A stretch of 64,000 bases of DNA from Nitrospirota bacterium (GCA_963699545.1 CAVOUE010000003.1:576001-640000), one strand, 5' to 3'. Shown: positions 17,746-29,140, counted from the first letter of the stretch. A program made the numbers and translations. The notes: generated by a model not told the origin, from the sequence alone.

Positions 17746-18708
17746 CTATTTTCCCTTCTTCCCAAAGACCAGCACCGTATCATCCATCATGGCATCCCTG
17801 ATATCCGCGAGTCCGGCTTTGGAGAACCACTTCTTGATCTCAGATGAGGAATAGCACCTGCCCCTCGCCGTATTCACAAGCATATTTACGGAAAACAATG
17901 CACTCTGAACCGGATGCGCCCTGTCCTTTCCGAGATAAAATTCCTGAACTACGATCCTGCCGCCGACCTTCAGGGCATCCCTGGATTTCTCAACGACCCG
18001 CAGACCCTCCCTCTCGGAACAGGAATGGAGCACCTGACTGATAAAGACGAGGTCATACCCCCCACCTATGCCATCGTCAAGAAAATCTCCGGAAAGAAAG
18101 CCGATGTTCTTCCGCCCCGCCTCTTTGATGACCGACTTTGCCACATCTATCGTCTCCGGCCTGTCAAAGAGGGTGACCGAAACTCCCCTCTTCGCCATTT
18201 CCATCGCGTAGGTTCCGGGACCGCCACCAAGGTCCAGCGCATTCTTCACACCGCGCAGTCCTATAGCACTGATAACCTTCCCGGCTTTGAGGACGGCGAG
18301 GTTATGCATCCCTTTAATGAACGATGGGTGGTCATGGGCCACGTGATGAGGGCGCCCTGTTCTTACCACTTCGTCAAGGCCGGACCAGTTCTTCCAGAGA
18401 GTATCAGCGTGCCGCATGATATCGCCCTGGTAAAAGGGGCTCTTTTTGATCAGGAAGCGATGAGAGAGTGCGGTGTTCGTATACCCGGCCCGGGACTTCT
18501 TTACGAGATCGAGTCCCGTCAGGGCATCGAGGAGTATTTCCGTTGCCCGCCTGTCGGTTTTCAGGATATCTGAAAGTTTGTCAGCCGTTCTCGGGATTTC
18601 CAGATGTTCGAAGACCCGGTAGTTATTTGCGGTCAGTATCACCCTCGATGACCAGAAGCCGCCCCATAATCTCCTCAGCTCCTTTGCGCCATCGGGAATT
18701 CCCGTCAT
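17746..18708 (-). CDS. O-methyltransferase with dimerisation domain
   Basis: LDLGGGPG; GDF; YDLVFISQVLH. Confidence 0.9.
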   Translation of the reverse strand: MTGIPDGAKELRRLWGGFWSSRVILTANNYRVFEHLEIPRTADKLSDILKTDRRATEILLDALTGLDLVKKSRAGYTNTALSHRFLIKKSPFYQGDIMRHADTLWKNWSGLDEVVRTGRPHHVAHDHPSFIKGMHNLAVLKAGKVISAIGLRGVKNALDLGGGPGTYAMEMAKRGVSVTLFDRPETIDVAKSVIKEAGRKNIGFLSGDFLDDGIGGGYDLVFISQVLHSCSEREGLRVVEKSRDALKVGGRIVVQEFYLGKDRAHPVQSALFSVNMLVNTARGRCYSSSEIKKWFSKAGLADIRDAMMDDTVLVFGKKGK

Positions 18709-18989
18709 TATTCAATCCCCATCTTTTTCAGCGCCTCATCTGCCGAGCTCTTTGGCGCCGGTGCATCCTCCAGCAGGTAGAACATCACCCCGCCCTTCAC
18801 CGGCCTGATAACGATCTTTCCCTCCTCGGCCAAACGGTTCGTCACCTCGACGGGATTCTCCCCGTCAAAATATTTCTTGAACGCCACATTAAACCCTGAA
18901 TACACGGAATGAATCCCCTTGTACCCTTCCTTCCTCAGGCTAACGATAGCCTTTTTCACAAACTCTTCGTGACTCATCTTCTCTGCCAT
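18708..18989 (-). CDS. Conserved hypothetical protein
   Basis: RBS AGGAGG; in operon; YKGIHSVYSGFN...RPVKGG. Confidence 0.8.
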   Translation of the reverse strand: MAEKMSHEEFVKKAIVSLRKEGYKGIHSVYSGFNVAFKKYFDGENPVEVTNRLAEEGKIVIRPVKGGVMFYLLEDAPAPKSSADEALKKMGIE

Positions 18990-19012
18990 GTCCCCCTCCT
19001 GTAGTTTATTTT

Positions 19013-20359
19013 TTATGCTTCACGAGATTCCTCAGATAAGAGACTCAGATTCCTCGGTTTCTGATCCAGCTGTTCGAGGACCGGAATCTCCTCGGCGCCC
19101 GTCGCCCCGAGCTCCTTGAATTTCCTCATCGATGGCAATACCCTGGCTTCCACGGAGCCGATGATCCTGTTATATGCGTCCATGGATTTTCCGATGGCGG
19201 CCCCCAGTTCGTCGAAGTACTTTGCCAGCGTTCTCATCCTTTCATAGAGTTCCTTGCCGAGTGCGCTTATCTCCTGGGCATTCTTCGTAACCTGCTCCTG
19301 CCTCCAGCCATACGCGATGGCCCTGAGCAAGGCGATAAAAGTGGTAGGGGTGGCGATGATGACGCGCCTCTGTATCCCGTCCTCTATGAGGGTGGTGTCG
19401 GTTTCAAGGGCCGAACTCAAAAAAGATTCTCCGGGAATGAAGAGCACGACAAATTCGGGAGACTGCTTGAACTGGGCCCAGTAGTCCTTTGATGCGAGCT
19501 TGTTCATGTGGGTCCTCACCTGCTGTGCATGCCTGTCCATTTTCAGCTTTCTTTCATCTTCTGTGGAAGCCGCGATGGCATCGAGGTAAGCTTCGAGAGA
19601 TACCTTTGAATCCACAACGATCTCCCGTTCCATGGGGAGATGCACTACCATGTCCGGTCTGATCTTACCCTTTTCGGTATCCATGGACTGCTGTTCGCTG
19701 AAATCACAATGCATGGACATCCCGGAAAGCTCGGCGACCCTTCTCAACTGCATTTCGCCCCACCGACCGCGCACTTGCGGCTTCCTGAGCGCAGAGACAA
19801 GGTTGCTTGTTTCCTTCTGGAGATTTTCATGGGTCGATGCCAGCGCCCTCAGCTGTTCTTCAAGGCTTCCATATGCCTTGTGCCTGCCTTCCTCAATAGA
19901 CCGTATCTGTTCTTCATACCTTTTCAGTGTCTCATGCAAAGGCTTTATCATTCCATCCAGGGCGGCCTGGTGTTCCCCCAGTCTTCCCTTGGTGTCCGAT
20001 ACGACCTTGCCGAGGTGCTCGGAGGCAAGCCTGAGGAAATCCTCGCTGCTGCTCTTGAGAGCGGCTGAAGAGAGGGCATTGAAGGTGTCGGTCATCTCTT
20101 TCTTCATGGTATCAATGAGCGCTTTCTGTTCTTCGAGGCTCTTCTGGGATTCCCTGAGACTGGTGAGGGCCTCGGTCTTCAGTTGTCCTTCATTCTGGAG
20201 TTCTTTCCGCACCTGCTGCATCTCAGAGTCGTTCTGCTGGATCTGCTGTCTCAATAGGGTATTCACAGCTTCAGCACTTTTTGCTTTTGAACCCGCAAAA
20301 AGCCAGGCGATTATCCCGCCGATTATCAGTCCGACCAAACCGTATATCATTATCTCCAT
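19013..20359 (-). CDS. rmuC: DNA recombination protein RmuC
   Basis: RGRWGEMQL...RPD...VDSK...FVVLFIPGE...TPTT. Confidence 0.95.
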   Translation of the reverse strand: MEIMIYGLVGLIIGGIIAWLFAGSKAKSAEAVNTLLRQQIQQNDSEMQQVRKELQNEGQLKTEALTSLRESQKSLEEQKALIDTMKKEMTDTFNALSSAALKSSSEDFLRLASEHLGKVVSDTKGRLGEHQAALDGMIKPLHETLKRYEEQIRSIEEGRHKAYGSLEEQLRALASTHENLQKETSNLVSALRKPQVRGRWGEMQLRRVAELSGMSMHCDFSEQQSMDTEKGKIRPDMVVHLPMEREIVVDSKVSLEAYLDAIAASTEDERKLKMDRHAQQVRTHMNKLASKDYWAQFKQSPEFVVLFIPGESFLSSALETDTTLIEDGIQRRVIIATPTTFIALLRAIAYGWRQEQVTKNAQEISALGKELYERMRTLAKYFDELGAAIGKSMDAYNRIIGSVEARVLPSMRKFKELGATGAEEIPVLEQLDQKPRNLSLLSEESREA

Positions 20360-20374
20360 ATATGCACTCTGGAA

Positions 20375-20935
20375 CTATACTTTTTCATACACCCAAACCC
20401 TGCCGCCATTTTTTGTTTCATCCATTCTTTTTACCAGCCGCTTCTTATGCAGATTCAGCAATCGTGTTCCGCTGGTGTTCGCAGGGACTCTCAGCATATC
20501 AGAAAGCTGGCCCGCGGTGATCTTGCCTTTCTTGAGTATGAGATCGAGGGTTTTCTGGAGATAATTATTGAGACTTCCGATCAGCACCCTGCTCCCGTCC
20601 CTCATCTGCGCCATGACCGCGAGGTCCTTCCTTTCGAGGGCAACCTCTATATTCTCCTTCTGGCTTTCGTTGAGACCCGTCAAAACGATATATTTATCCC
20701 CATATTCTCCGCTCAGCAGCCGCGAAACCAGCTTTGCCACGATCTCGTCAGCGCAGGAATAGTCCACAATCCCTATCTTCGAGAAATCGAGGGCTATGAC
20801 CGAACCGTCCTTCTCTCCCGTAATATCTCTTTCAATCCGCTCCCTGATCGCCTGCCCCGACTGACGCGTCACCAGATCGTTTGAGCCGTTCTTCAGTTCT
20901 TCCTTGAGGAGCTTATCCAGGTTATACAGAGTCAT
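20375..20935 (-). CDS. STAS-like (DUF4325-type) domain fused to winged HTH
   Basis: TRQSG...LDFSKIGIVDYSCADE; C-terminal ITAGQLSDML...TRLLNLHKKRLV. Confidence 0.7.
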   Translation of the reverse strand: MTLYNLDKLLKEELKNGSNDLVTRQSGQAIRERIERDITGEKDGSVIALDFSKIGIVDYSCADEIVAKLVSRLLSGEYGDKYIVLTGLNESQKENIEVALERKDLAVMAQMRDGSRVLIGSLNNYLQKTLDLILKKGKITAGQLSDMLRVPANTSGTRLLNLHKKRLVKRMDETKNGGRVWVYEKV

Positions 20936-21023
20936 GTGGACCTTTCAACTGGTTCAATTGAATCACAATAGAAGGACTTTGTCAAGAAGAAAGTGAGGGG
21001 CGGAGAAAGGGGAGATGAACCTT

Positions 21024-21866
21024 TCAGACTTCCGGCAGCAGGATGCTGATCTGTGCGCCGGGAAAAGGGGTAAGGTCCAGTTCTTTCTCTTTCCCCCGCG
21101 CCCATTTGGGGAGTATGGAGAGCTTTGCCGTCCCTGAACGAATAGAAAGTTTTCCGTTCCAGTGATGAACGAATTTCCTGACCGCAGCGAGTCCGTGTCC
21201 TCTTCCTTCATCCGCGAAACGGGAGGCGCCGTGGAGCAGGGCCTTTTCTATGGCATGGAGATCATTTCTCAGTAAGAACCTGTCCGAAAGCGAGTTCATG
21301 AAGCCGACGCCGGTGTCCATTACCGCGATCTTTACGACGTTCTTGTCCAGGTTCTGAAAATGATATTTCTGAATCCCCACAAATCCCTTGTTTGCGCTGT
21401 GTTCGACGATGTTCTGGCACACTTCCGAAAGAGCTACGATGAAGCCGTTTATCGCCCTCGCGGTATAATTGAGATGTTTTGCCAGTATCGCCTGGGCGCG
21501 TTCCTTGACCTTGCCCACAATAAAGTGTATGTCATCCGATTTCTCTGCGGGAGTAATTTCAAGGAGGACATCGGAAGAAGAATTTCTTGGGTATTTCCCT
21601 GCTATCTCCGGCTTGGCCGGCTCAAGAGTGAAGTAATTTCCGGCAAAACTGAAGAAATCCATTCTTTCGAGATATCTGAGGACTTCCTCTGATCCGGGGA
21701 GGCAAAGGGTTTTTTGAAGTCCTGCATTCTTGAACACTTCTCCCATCTCAAGAATGCCGACCATGCCGTATGGATCAATAAAGGTGGCGTCCCGGAGGTC
21801 CAGAACTGAAGACCCCATGAAAAGGGCCAGGACAGTATCAAAGGTCTCCTCCGTAATCTGTGTCAT
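21024..21866 (-). CDS. STAS-like plus GHKL ATPase (anti-sigma kinase-like) protein
   Basis: LDLRDATFIDPYG; N-box EVCQNIVEHS; DTGVG; GRGHGL. Confidence 0.8.
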   Translation of the reverse strand: MTQITEETFDTVLALFMGSSVLDLRDATFIDPYGMVGILEMGEVFKNAGLQKTLCLPGSEEVLRYLERMDFFSFAGNYFTLEPAKPEIAGKYPRNSSSDVLLEITPAEKSDDIHFIVGKVKERAQAILAKHLNYTARAINGFIVALSEVCQNIVEHSANKGFVGIQKYHFQNLDKNVVKIAVMDTGVGFMNSLSDRFLLRNDLHAIEKALLHGASRFADEGRGHGLAAVRKFVHHWNGKLSIRSGTAKLSILPKWARGKEKELDLTPFPGAQISILLPEV

Positions 21867-21869
21867 CTC

Positions 21870-22247
21870 TTATGCTTCGCTTTCGGCGATCTCGGTGCGG
21901 ACCAGTGCGAGTATGGCTGAATGCGGCACGATGAGATACTTCTTCCCTTCAAATTCTATCTCGACCGCCGCTTCCCTGAGGAAGATCGCATAATCCCCCT
22001 CAGCGGCCTGCAGGGGCACATAGCGCAAATCGGTCCTCTTGTTTGATGACCACGGCTCCTCAACGACTGCTCCGGGGTCGTGAACAGGATATCCCGGACC
22101 GACTTTTGCGATGTGCCCTCCCAGCACCTTCTCCTTTTCCTTAACAGTAGGGGGGAGGTAGAGACCTGAAGTGGTCTTGTCCATCCTCTCATCGGGATCG
22201 ATAAGGACCCTGTCACCTACAACGATAATGTTCTTCTTTGCTTTCAT
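21870..22247 (-). CDS. GroES/Cpn10-family co-chaperonin paralogue
   Basis: GDRVLI...KTTSGLYLP...VGPG...EFEGKKYLIV. Confidence 0.88.
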   Translation of the reverse strand: MKAKKNIIVVGDRVLIDPDERMDKTTSGLYLPPTVKEKEKVLGGHIAKVGPGYPVHDPGAVVEEPWSSNKRTDLRYVPLQAAEGDYAIFLREAAVEIEFEGKKYLIVPHSAILALVRTEIAESEA

Positions 22248-22254
22248 GATGGTG

Positions 22255-22659
22255 TTAAGAGAGACGTTCCCTTAAGGTCCGGTAGAGGTCATTGCCCTCG
22301 CAAGCCCACCTCCAGGAGCATGTGGCGCAAAAGGTCCGGTGCCATGCCGGGAATATCTCGCCGATTTTTTCCTCTATCTCTGCCCATCCGATCTTCGCTC
22401 TCCGGGAAAGCTTAAGCAGGTCCAGGGCCATTCTGTCCATCTCTCCGATCCCCCTGTCGGCATCTTCGCTGAACTGACATCTGGCATTGTTCAGGTGGGG
22501 ACACTGAGCGCAGACGTCATCAGCCCCGTGATGCACCTCAATGCCCATGTCCTGTGCGGTCCTGACAACACGCGCAAGGTTCTTGACGAACTCCTCGCTG
22601 TAGCCTTCTCCCCTGAAGAAGTGCAGGCATACAAGATGATGTCCTCTCAGCTTCGGCAA
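22255..22659 (-). CDS. DUF1284-family metal-binding protein
   Basis: LRGHHLVC...GYS...DDVCAQCP...CATCSW...C. Confidence 0.85.
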   Translation of the reverse strand: MPKLRGHHLVCLHFFRGEGYSEEFVKNLARVVRTAQDMGIEVHHGADDVCAQCPHLNNARCQFSEDADRGIGEMDRMALDLLKLSRRAKIGWAEIEEKIGEIFPAWHRTFCATCSWRWACEGNDLYRTLRERLS

Positions 22660-22765
22660 TGAATACGCTATGACAAAACCTCCGGTCTCAGTTGTCCGTA
22701 ACCGACTGTTTATTATATAATACTTTTAACTGCGGAGAAAAGATTGATGTATCAGGGAGAACCCT

Positions 22766-24030
22766 ATGCACTTTTTTAGATACAGAAACGGTGAGTTATA
22801 TGCTGAAGACGTTCCCGGTGAGAAGGATCGCGGAGGCATACGGAACGCCGCTCTATATCTACAGTTACAGCACCCTTCTTCGCCACTTCAAGGCATATGA
22901 CGATGCCTTTGACGGCGTACCGCATATTATTTGTTTCGCCCTGAAGGCAAATTCCAATACCGCCGTACTCGAGATTGCTGTGCGAAAAGCGGCGGAGGCG
23001 CCGATGTGGTGTCGGGAGGAGAAGTTATTCAGGGCGCTGAAGGCGGCAGTATCCTCCCGTAAGATCGTCTATGCGGGCGTCGGCAAGACAGAAGACGAGA
23101 TACGCTATGCCCTGAAATCGAAGATACTGATGTTCAATGTCGAGTCTGAAAGCGAGCTTATGGAGATCGACAGGATCGCTGGTATCATGAAGGTGAAGGC
23201 ACCCATCTCCCTCAGGGTTAACCCGGATATCGATCCCGGAGACGCATCCCTATATCTCCACCGGTCTCAGGGAACACAAATTCGGCATCCCCATAGGGGA
23301 GGCCTTCGAGTATTACAGAATCGCAGAACGGCTGAAGAACACGGAGATCATGGGTATTCATAAGCATATCGGTTCCCAGATTACCAAGGTATCTCCGTTC
23401 GTGGACGCCCTGAAAAAGACCCTTCTCCTTGTGGATGAACTGAAGGAACACGGCGTGGTCATCCGCTATTTTGATATTGGCGGCGGTCTCGGCATTACCT
23501 ACAAGGACGAAGAGCCCCCGGTTCCCCGGGACCCTTGCGAAGGAATCTCCTGCCCGCTGCTCAGGGGAAGGCGGCTCACGATCATTATGGAGCCCGGCAG
23601 GTCCATCGTGGGCAATGCAGGAGTTCTGGTCACGAAAGTGCTCTATCTGAAGAAAGGGGCGGAAAAGGATTTTGTGATCGTGGACGCAGGGATGAATGAT
23701 CTCATACGACCCTCATTTTACGATGCGTATCATCAGGTACAGCCGGTGAAGAAGAAGCAGGAGAAAGAACATCCTTGCTGATATGGTCGGTCCCATATGC
23801 GAGTCAGGGGATTTTCTCGCAAAGGAGAGGGAGATGCCGGACGTAAAGCCCGGGGAATACCTTGCGGTGATGTCGGCGGGGGCATATGCATTTACCATGA
23901 GTTCAAATTATAACAGCAGACCACGGGCTGCAGAGGTGATGGTGAAGGGTAAGGGACTTTGCCTTGGTGAACAAAAGGGAGAACATACAGGGACCTTGTA
24001 AAGGGCGAGGAAATTCCTGATTTTGTTTGA
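22766..24030 (+). CDS. lysA: Diaminopimelate decarboxylase (several frameshifts, likely sequence errors)
   Basis: MHFFRY start at 22766; [33 protein letters not shown] and SNYNSRPR lie in different frames. Confidence 0.93.
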
Positions 24031-24115
24031 AGCGGGGTGTGTCATGTATCCGCAACCCTCAGGGTGTGCGAATGTACTATTCACTGCATGCAGGCCTAAG
24101 CCACCACGGTAGAGA

Positions 24116-25046
24116 ATGAAGAGTATGGAACTGAAATTTACCAAAATGCACGGTCTGGGGAATGATTTTGTCCTCATAGATTGCAGAGGCTTCGAGCCTC
24201 CGGCCCTCTCCGTTCTTGCGCGGAAACTCTGTCACAGAAGGTTCGGCATCGGCGCCGACCAGCTTCTGCTCCTGTATCCCTCCGAGGGCGCCGATTTCAT
24301 GATGCGCATTTTCAATGCGGACGGCAGTGAGGTCGAGATGTGCGGCAACGGTATACGGTGTTTTGCCAAATATATCTGGGACAGGGGATTGTCAGGTAAA
24401 GGGGTGCTGAGGGTCGAAACCATGGGAGGCATTATAAGAGCGGAAAAGGCCGATGGTCTTGTCAGGGTGGACATGGGTGAGCCGATTTTCGAGCCGGGGG
24501 AAATACCGGTAAGGATAGTTCCAGGTTCCTCCGCCGTGGACCAGGTTCCCCGCTCGGACAAGTACCATTCAGCGGCCGACACCAGGCACTCAAAACCTGT
24601 GGTCGATTACCCCGTGCGGATTGATGATAAGGAATTCACAATGACCTGTGTCTCGATGGGGAATCCCCACGCAGTGGTCATTGTTGACAACGTGTCGGAA
24701 TTCCCGGTAGCATACTACGGCCCGATGATAGAGAATCATGCGCTCTTCCCGAAGAGAACGAATGTGGAGTTCGTTGAAGTCCTGGATCGCTCTGAAATAA
24801 GGATGCGGGTTTGGGAGAGGGGGACAGGGGAGACCATGGCCTGCGGAACCGGGGCGTCTGCCGCTGCGGTGGCTGCCCATCTGAAGGGACTTACGGGCCG
24901 GTCTGTTACCGTGCATCTGAACGGAGGGGATTTATCGATCGAGTGGGCCGCAGACAACCGTGTTTATATGGCAGGGCCCGCGGTGGAAGTATTTCAGGGG
25001 GGAGATAGAGTATATTCAGAATGGGACGGGGATCAGGTCTTTGTGA
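24116..25046 (+). CDS. dapF: Diaminopimelate epimerase (probable extra G in run near 24998-25002)
   Basis: KMHGLGNDF; EMCGNG; GNPH; ERG.GET.ACGTG. Confidence 0.95.
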
Positions 25047-25098
25047 GACGGAAAGAGTGTTTGGTTGAGGCGGTGAGAAGCCCCCTAAGGAGGTTGGC

Positions 25099-25976
25099 AT
25101 GTTCAGTGGCTCGGAATCGTCGCAATCGTTACGCCGTTTAAGAGCGGGAAGGTGGATGAAAAGGCACTGCGTGGGCTGGTGGAATGGCATATATCCAGCG
25201 GTACCAATGCCATAGTTCCCTGCGGTACCACGGGAGAGTCTGCAACCCTTGAGTATGAAGAACACTACAGGGTCATCGAGATAGTGATCAAGGCGGTGAA
25301 TAAGCGGGTTCCTGTTATCGCGGGGACAGGCGCCAACTCCACCGATGAGACGATAATGATTACCAAAATGGCGAAGAAGCTCGGGGCGGATGGTGCGCTC
25401 CTCGTAGCCCCTTACTATAACAAGCCGACCCAGGAAGGTCTCTACCGGCACTACAAGGCGGTGGCAGAGGCTGTAAAGCTTCCCATTGTCCTGTACAATG
25501 TGCCGGGAAGGACAGCGGTGAATATCCTCCCTCCCACGGTGGCGAGGCTTGCCGGGATAAAAAATATCGTTGCCATTAAAGAGGCAACGGGTGACATGAA
25601 ACAGGTGAGCGAGGTCATCAGGTTATGCGGAGACAGGATAGCGATTATTTCAGGGGACGACTTCACCACGCTCCCCCTTCTTGCCCTGGGAGGAAAAGGC
25701 GTGATATCGGTCACCGCGAACATCGCGCCCCGGGAGGTCTCTGACATGTGCAGGCTCTGGAAGGAAGGGAAATATGAAAAGGCGAGGGCACTTCATTACA
25801 GGCTGGAGCCCCTGAATCAGGCCATGTTCATAGAGACAAACCCCATACCAGCCAAAACGGCACTGGCTTTGATGGGAAGGGTACGGGAGGAATTCCGGCT
25901 CCCTCTGTGCGAGATGTCCGGGGTGAACAAGGAGAAGCTCAGGAAGACCATAAAGGATTACGGGCTGATAGAATAA
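25099..25976 (+). CDS. dapA: 4-hydroxy-tetrahydrodipicolinate synthase (5' indel)
   Basis: RBS AAGGAGG plus ATG 25099; GTTGE; YNVPGRT; IKEA. Confidence 0.95.
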
Positions 25977-25990
25977 AAAGATCGTTTTTG

Positions 25991-26020
25991 AGGCCCTCCC
26001 CATAAGGAGGGCCTTTTTTA
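25991..26020 (+). terminator. Intrinsic terminator
   Basis: AGGCCCTCC-CCATAA-GGAGGGCCT followed by T run, between convergent genes. Confidence 0.85.
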
Positions 26021-26677
26021 TTATCGGCTGCTGCCAACCCCCATTCTGGGACAGTGCATCTCGATAGCGCACTGGCTGCATACGGGAGATATAGGCCTGC
26101 AGACGCCCTGTCCAAAAGCAACGAGCAGGCCATTGATCTCCCTCCAATACTTGCCGGGTAGCTTCTTCCTCAAAGCAAACTCGGTTTCCTCTGGAGTCCT
26201 CGTCTTGACGTATCCCCACCTGTTGGTGATCCGGTGAACGTGGGTATCCACGCAGATGCCCTGCTTATTGTATCCCAGGGTGACCACGAGGTTGGCGGTC
26301 TTTCTCCCTACCCCTTTGAGCTTCAACAGCTCTTCGATCTCATCGGGCACTTTCGAATGATACTTTTCCGCAATCTCCCGGCTCATGCCCTTGATCCTGT
26401 TCGCCTTGACCCTGTAAAAACCCACCGGGTAGATCGCTTTTTCTATCTCCCGTACGGACAGCATCGCCATTTTTTTCGGCGTTGACGCCAGGGAGAAGAG
26501 TCTCTCAGATGCCTCGCCTGTTGTTTGATCCTGTGTTCTCAAGCTCAGGATGCAGGAGATGAGTATCGTGTAAGGGTCTCTTTCGCGGGAAACCATCTTC
26601 TCCAGCCAGGGCAGATGAAGGGTTCTCACCTGGCGCTTCAGGAGTGGCCAAATTGTATGGATGTCGAATTCTTGCAT
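26021..26677 (-). CDS. nth: Endonuclease III
   Basis: Hh[16 protein letters not shown]-x6-C-x2-C-x5-C. Confidence 0.93.
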   Translation of the reverse strand: MQEFDIHTIWPLLKRQVRTLHLPWLEKMVSRERDPYTILISCILSLRTQDQTTGEASERLFSLASTPKKMAMLSVREIEKAIYPVGFYRVKANRIKGMSREIAEKYHSKVPDEIEELLKLKGVGRKTANLVVTLGYNKQGICVDTHVHRITNRWGYVKTRTPEETEFALRKKLPGKYWREINGLLVAFGQGVCRPISPVCSQCAIEMHCPRMGVGSSR

Positions 26678-26803
26678 GTATGAAGTATATCAAATCATAC
26701 AATCCGAGCATTGGGGGAGCCGCTTAAACCGCATCATCCGCCATGCCTGCTCATCGCTGAGGGTAGTGTATAATGAAAGGGGATTTGCTGCAAAAACTGA
26801 ACT

Positions 26804-27601
26804 ATGCGATACAAGAAGATAACGAGCACTTCAAACCCTCTGGTCAGAGAGATAGTGAAGGAGAAGAAAGAGAGAACAGGCGACATTTTGATCGTCGAAG
26901 GACGCCGTCTCATCGAGATGGCCTTGACCTCAGGCGCCGGCATGGGGAAGGTCTTCTTCACCGAAGCCTTTCAATCGAAGAACGAGGCGTTTCTCATGAA
27001 GCTCTCGAAGAAATCACCAGAACTCATAGAGACTTCAGATCATGTCCTTTCGAAACTTGCCGATACAGAAACACCCCAGGGCATTGTGGCCGAGGTGTTC
27101 CATAAAAGCCGCAGGCTCCAGGAATTACCTTTACAGGAGAGTCCCCTCATCGTTGTCTGTGACGGTGTCAGGGATCCCGGCAATCTGGGTGCCATCATCA
27201 GGACCGCGGATGCTGCAGGCGCTGATGCTGTGCTCCTCCTTCCTGGAACATGCGACCCTTTTTTGCCGAAGGGAATACGGGCCACCGCAGGAAGTATCTT
27301 CAATCTCCCTGTGCTTTTTTCAGAGCCGGCGGCGCTGGTGGAATGGCTCAGAAGAAGATCCATCGGCCTTGTGGTAAGCGATGTGAATGCAGCTGTCGGC
27401 ATTTTTGATGCAGACATGAAAGAACCCCTGGCCTTTGTCTTCGGGAATGAGGCAGCCGGAGTGAGCGAATATCTTAAGGACGAGAGCGGGATGAGTGTGA
27501 GGATTCCGATGCCGGGCAAGGCGGAAAGTCTCAATGTGGCGGCATCCGCTGCGATCTGCCTCTACGAAGCGGTCAGGCAGAGGAGAGGGGAGCCCCGGTG
27601 A
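26804..27601 (+). CDS. TrmH/SpoU RNA methyltransferase
   Basis: DPGNLGAIIRT; GNEAAG; ESLNVA. Confidence 0.93.
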   Translation: MRYKKITSTSNPLVREIVKEKKERTGDILIVEGRRLIEMALTSGAGMGKVFFTEAFQSKNEAFLMKLSKKSPELIETSDHVLSKLADTETPQGIVAEVFHKSRRLQELPLQESPLIVVCDGVRDPGNLGAIIRTADAAGADAVLLLPGTCDPFLPKGIRATAGSIFNLPVLFSEPAALVEWLRRRSIGLVVSDVNAAVGIFDADMKEPLAFVFGNEAAGVSEYLKDESGMSVRIPMPGKAESLNVAASAAICLYEAVRQRRGEPR

Positions 27602-27668
27602 ACCGGTTGAGGGAGATTTCCCATTATGCTACTGGATGATTCCATCCTAATCTGATATCCTTCCCTGC

Positions 27669-28940
27669 ATGGCGTCACCACAAACCGCATACCGCAATCC
27701 ATGGCTCTTCGTTCCGACGCTCTACTTCGGTGAGGGCCTGCCATACGTCCTCATCAACACGGTTTCGGTCATTCTCTACAAGAAGATGGGCGTGGACAAC
27801 GCGGACATCGCCTTCTGGACTAGCTGGCTCTACCTGCCCTGGGTCTTAAAGATGTTCTGGGCGCCGGTCCTGGATCTCACATGGAGCAAGCGCACCTGGG
27901 TGCTTGCGGCCCAGGGGGCCATGGCATTGAACATTGGCTTCATTGCCTACGCCGTCGGCAGGCCGGACTTCTTTTTCCCCTCCCTCGGAGCATTCATGGT
28001 CGGCGCGTTCATCTCTGCGACCTATGATACCGCCACCGATGGGTACTATATGTTGGCCCTTACGGAGAAAGAGCAAGCCTTTTTCGCCGGGCTTCGGTCA
28101 GGGTTTTATCGATTGGCGATGATTTTCGGATCGGGGTTCCTGGTCTATTTCGCAGGAAGTGTCGAGACAGCAACGGGAAGTATCACGAGCGGCTGGGGAG
28201 CGGTCCTGGGTATGAGTAGCGGGATCTTTATGGTCGCCTGGCTCTATCATTCTGCAGTTCTTCCCTACCCGACGACTGACCGTTGCCGCGTGGCCAACGG
28301 TGCCATCCAAAGACCAAGGTTCAAAGAGGTCTTCTCCGCCTATTTTCGGCAGGAAAAAATAGGAGTGCTCGTCGCCTTTATCCTCTTCTATCGTTTAGGC
28401 GAGGCCATGCTGCTCAAGCTGGTCACACCGTTCTTGCTGGATGGTCGAACTCATGGAGGGCTTGGGCTTTCCACATCCGAGGTCGGCCTGGTCTATGGTA
28501 CGGTGGGCATTGCTGCGCTGGTGCTGGGCGGAGTACTCGGAGGATGGCTTATATCCCGGTACGGGCTCCGCCGCTGTATCTGGCCGCTCGTGATCACCAT
28601 GCACCTGCCGGACTTGTTCTTCGTGTACATGGCATGGGAACAGCCCTCCCTGGCGATGGTCTATCCGCTGGTGGCGCTGGAGCAGTTCGGTTACGGCATG
28701 GGATTCATGGTCTTTACGGTCTATCTCATGTACTCTGCCGAAGGCAGCTACAAGACCTCCCACTATGCCATCTCCACGGGTATCATGGCTATCGGCATGA
28801 TGCTGCCGGGGTTCATCTCCGGCTGGGTCCAGCAAGAACTGGGCTATCCCCTTTTCTTCGTCATTGTCTGTCTTCTCACCATCCCCGGGATGCTGACCAT
28901 CCCGTTCCTTCCAAATAAGGAAAAAGCCTCTGCAAAGTGA
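27669..28940 (+). CDS. AmpG-family MFS transporter
   Basis: LYFGEGLP; LPWVLKMFWAP; SATYDTATDG. Confidence 0.88.
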   Translation: MASPQTAYRNPWLFVPTLYFGEGLPYVLINTVSVILYKKMGVDNADIAFWTSWLYLPWVLKMFWAPVLDLTWSKRTWVLAAQGAMALNIGFIAYAVGRPDFFFPSLGAFMVGAFISATYDTATDGYYMLALTEKEQAFFAGLRSGFYRLAMIFGSGFLVYFAGSVETATGSITSGWGAVLGMSSGIFMVAWLYHSAVLPYPTTDRCRVANGAIQRPRFKEVFSAYFRQEKIGVLVAFILFYRLGEAMLLKLVTPFLLDGRTHGGLGLSTSEVGLVYGTVGIAALVLGGVLGGWLISRYGLRRCIWPLVITMHLPDLFFVYMAWEQPSLAMVYPLVALEQFGYGMGFMVFTVYLMYSAEGSYKTSHYAISTGIMAIGMMLPGFISGWVQQELGYPLFFVIVCLLTIPGMLTIPFLPNKEKASAK

Positions 28941-29140
28941 GCACCCGGCTTCAGGTGCGAGTCGACGCAGAAGACTGAAGAATTTGATCGGTAATTGCCG
29001 GAAGAAGCTTTCCTTGCCTTAGCTGTTGTGGTTACCTTATGGCCTGGCAGACAATATCAATTGGCCCTAAACACAGGAGTACACCGACTGCCTGATAGAT
29101 ATTGCTAATCGAAACTCATGTTGACTTTCAGAAGAAATCC

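Noticed and set aside
22766-24030. lysA (and glyA) as pseudogenes or programmed frameshifts
   Set aside because: Too many indels with conserved protein sequence in essential genes; assembly error is simpler.
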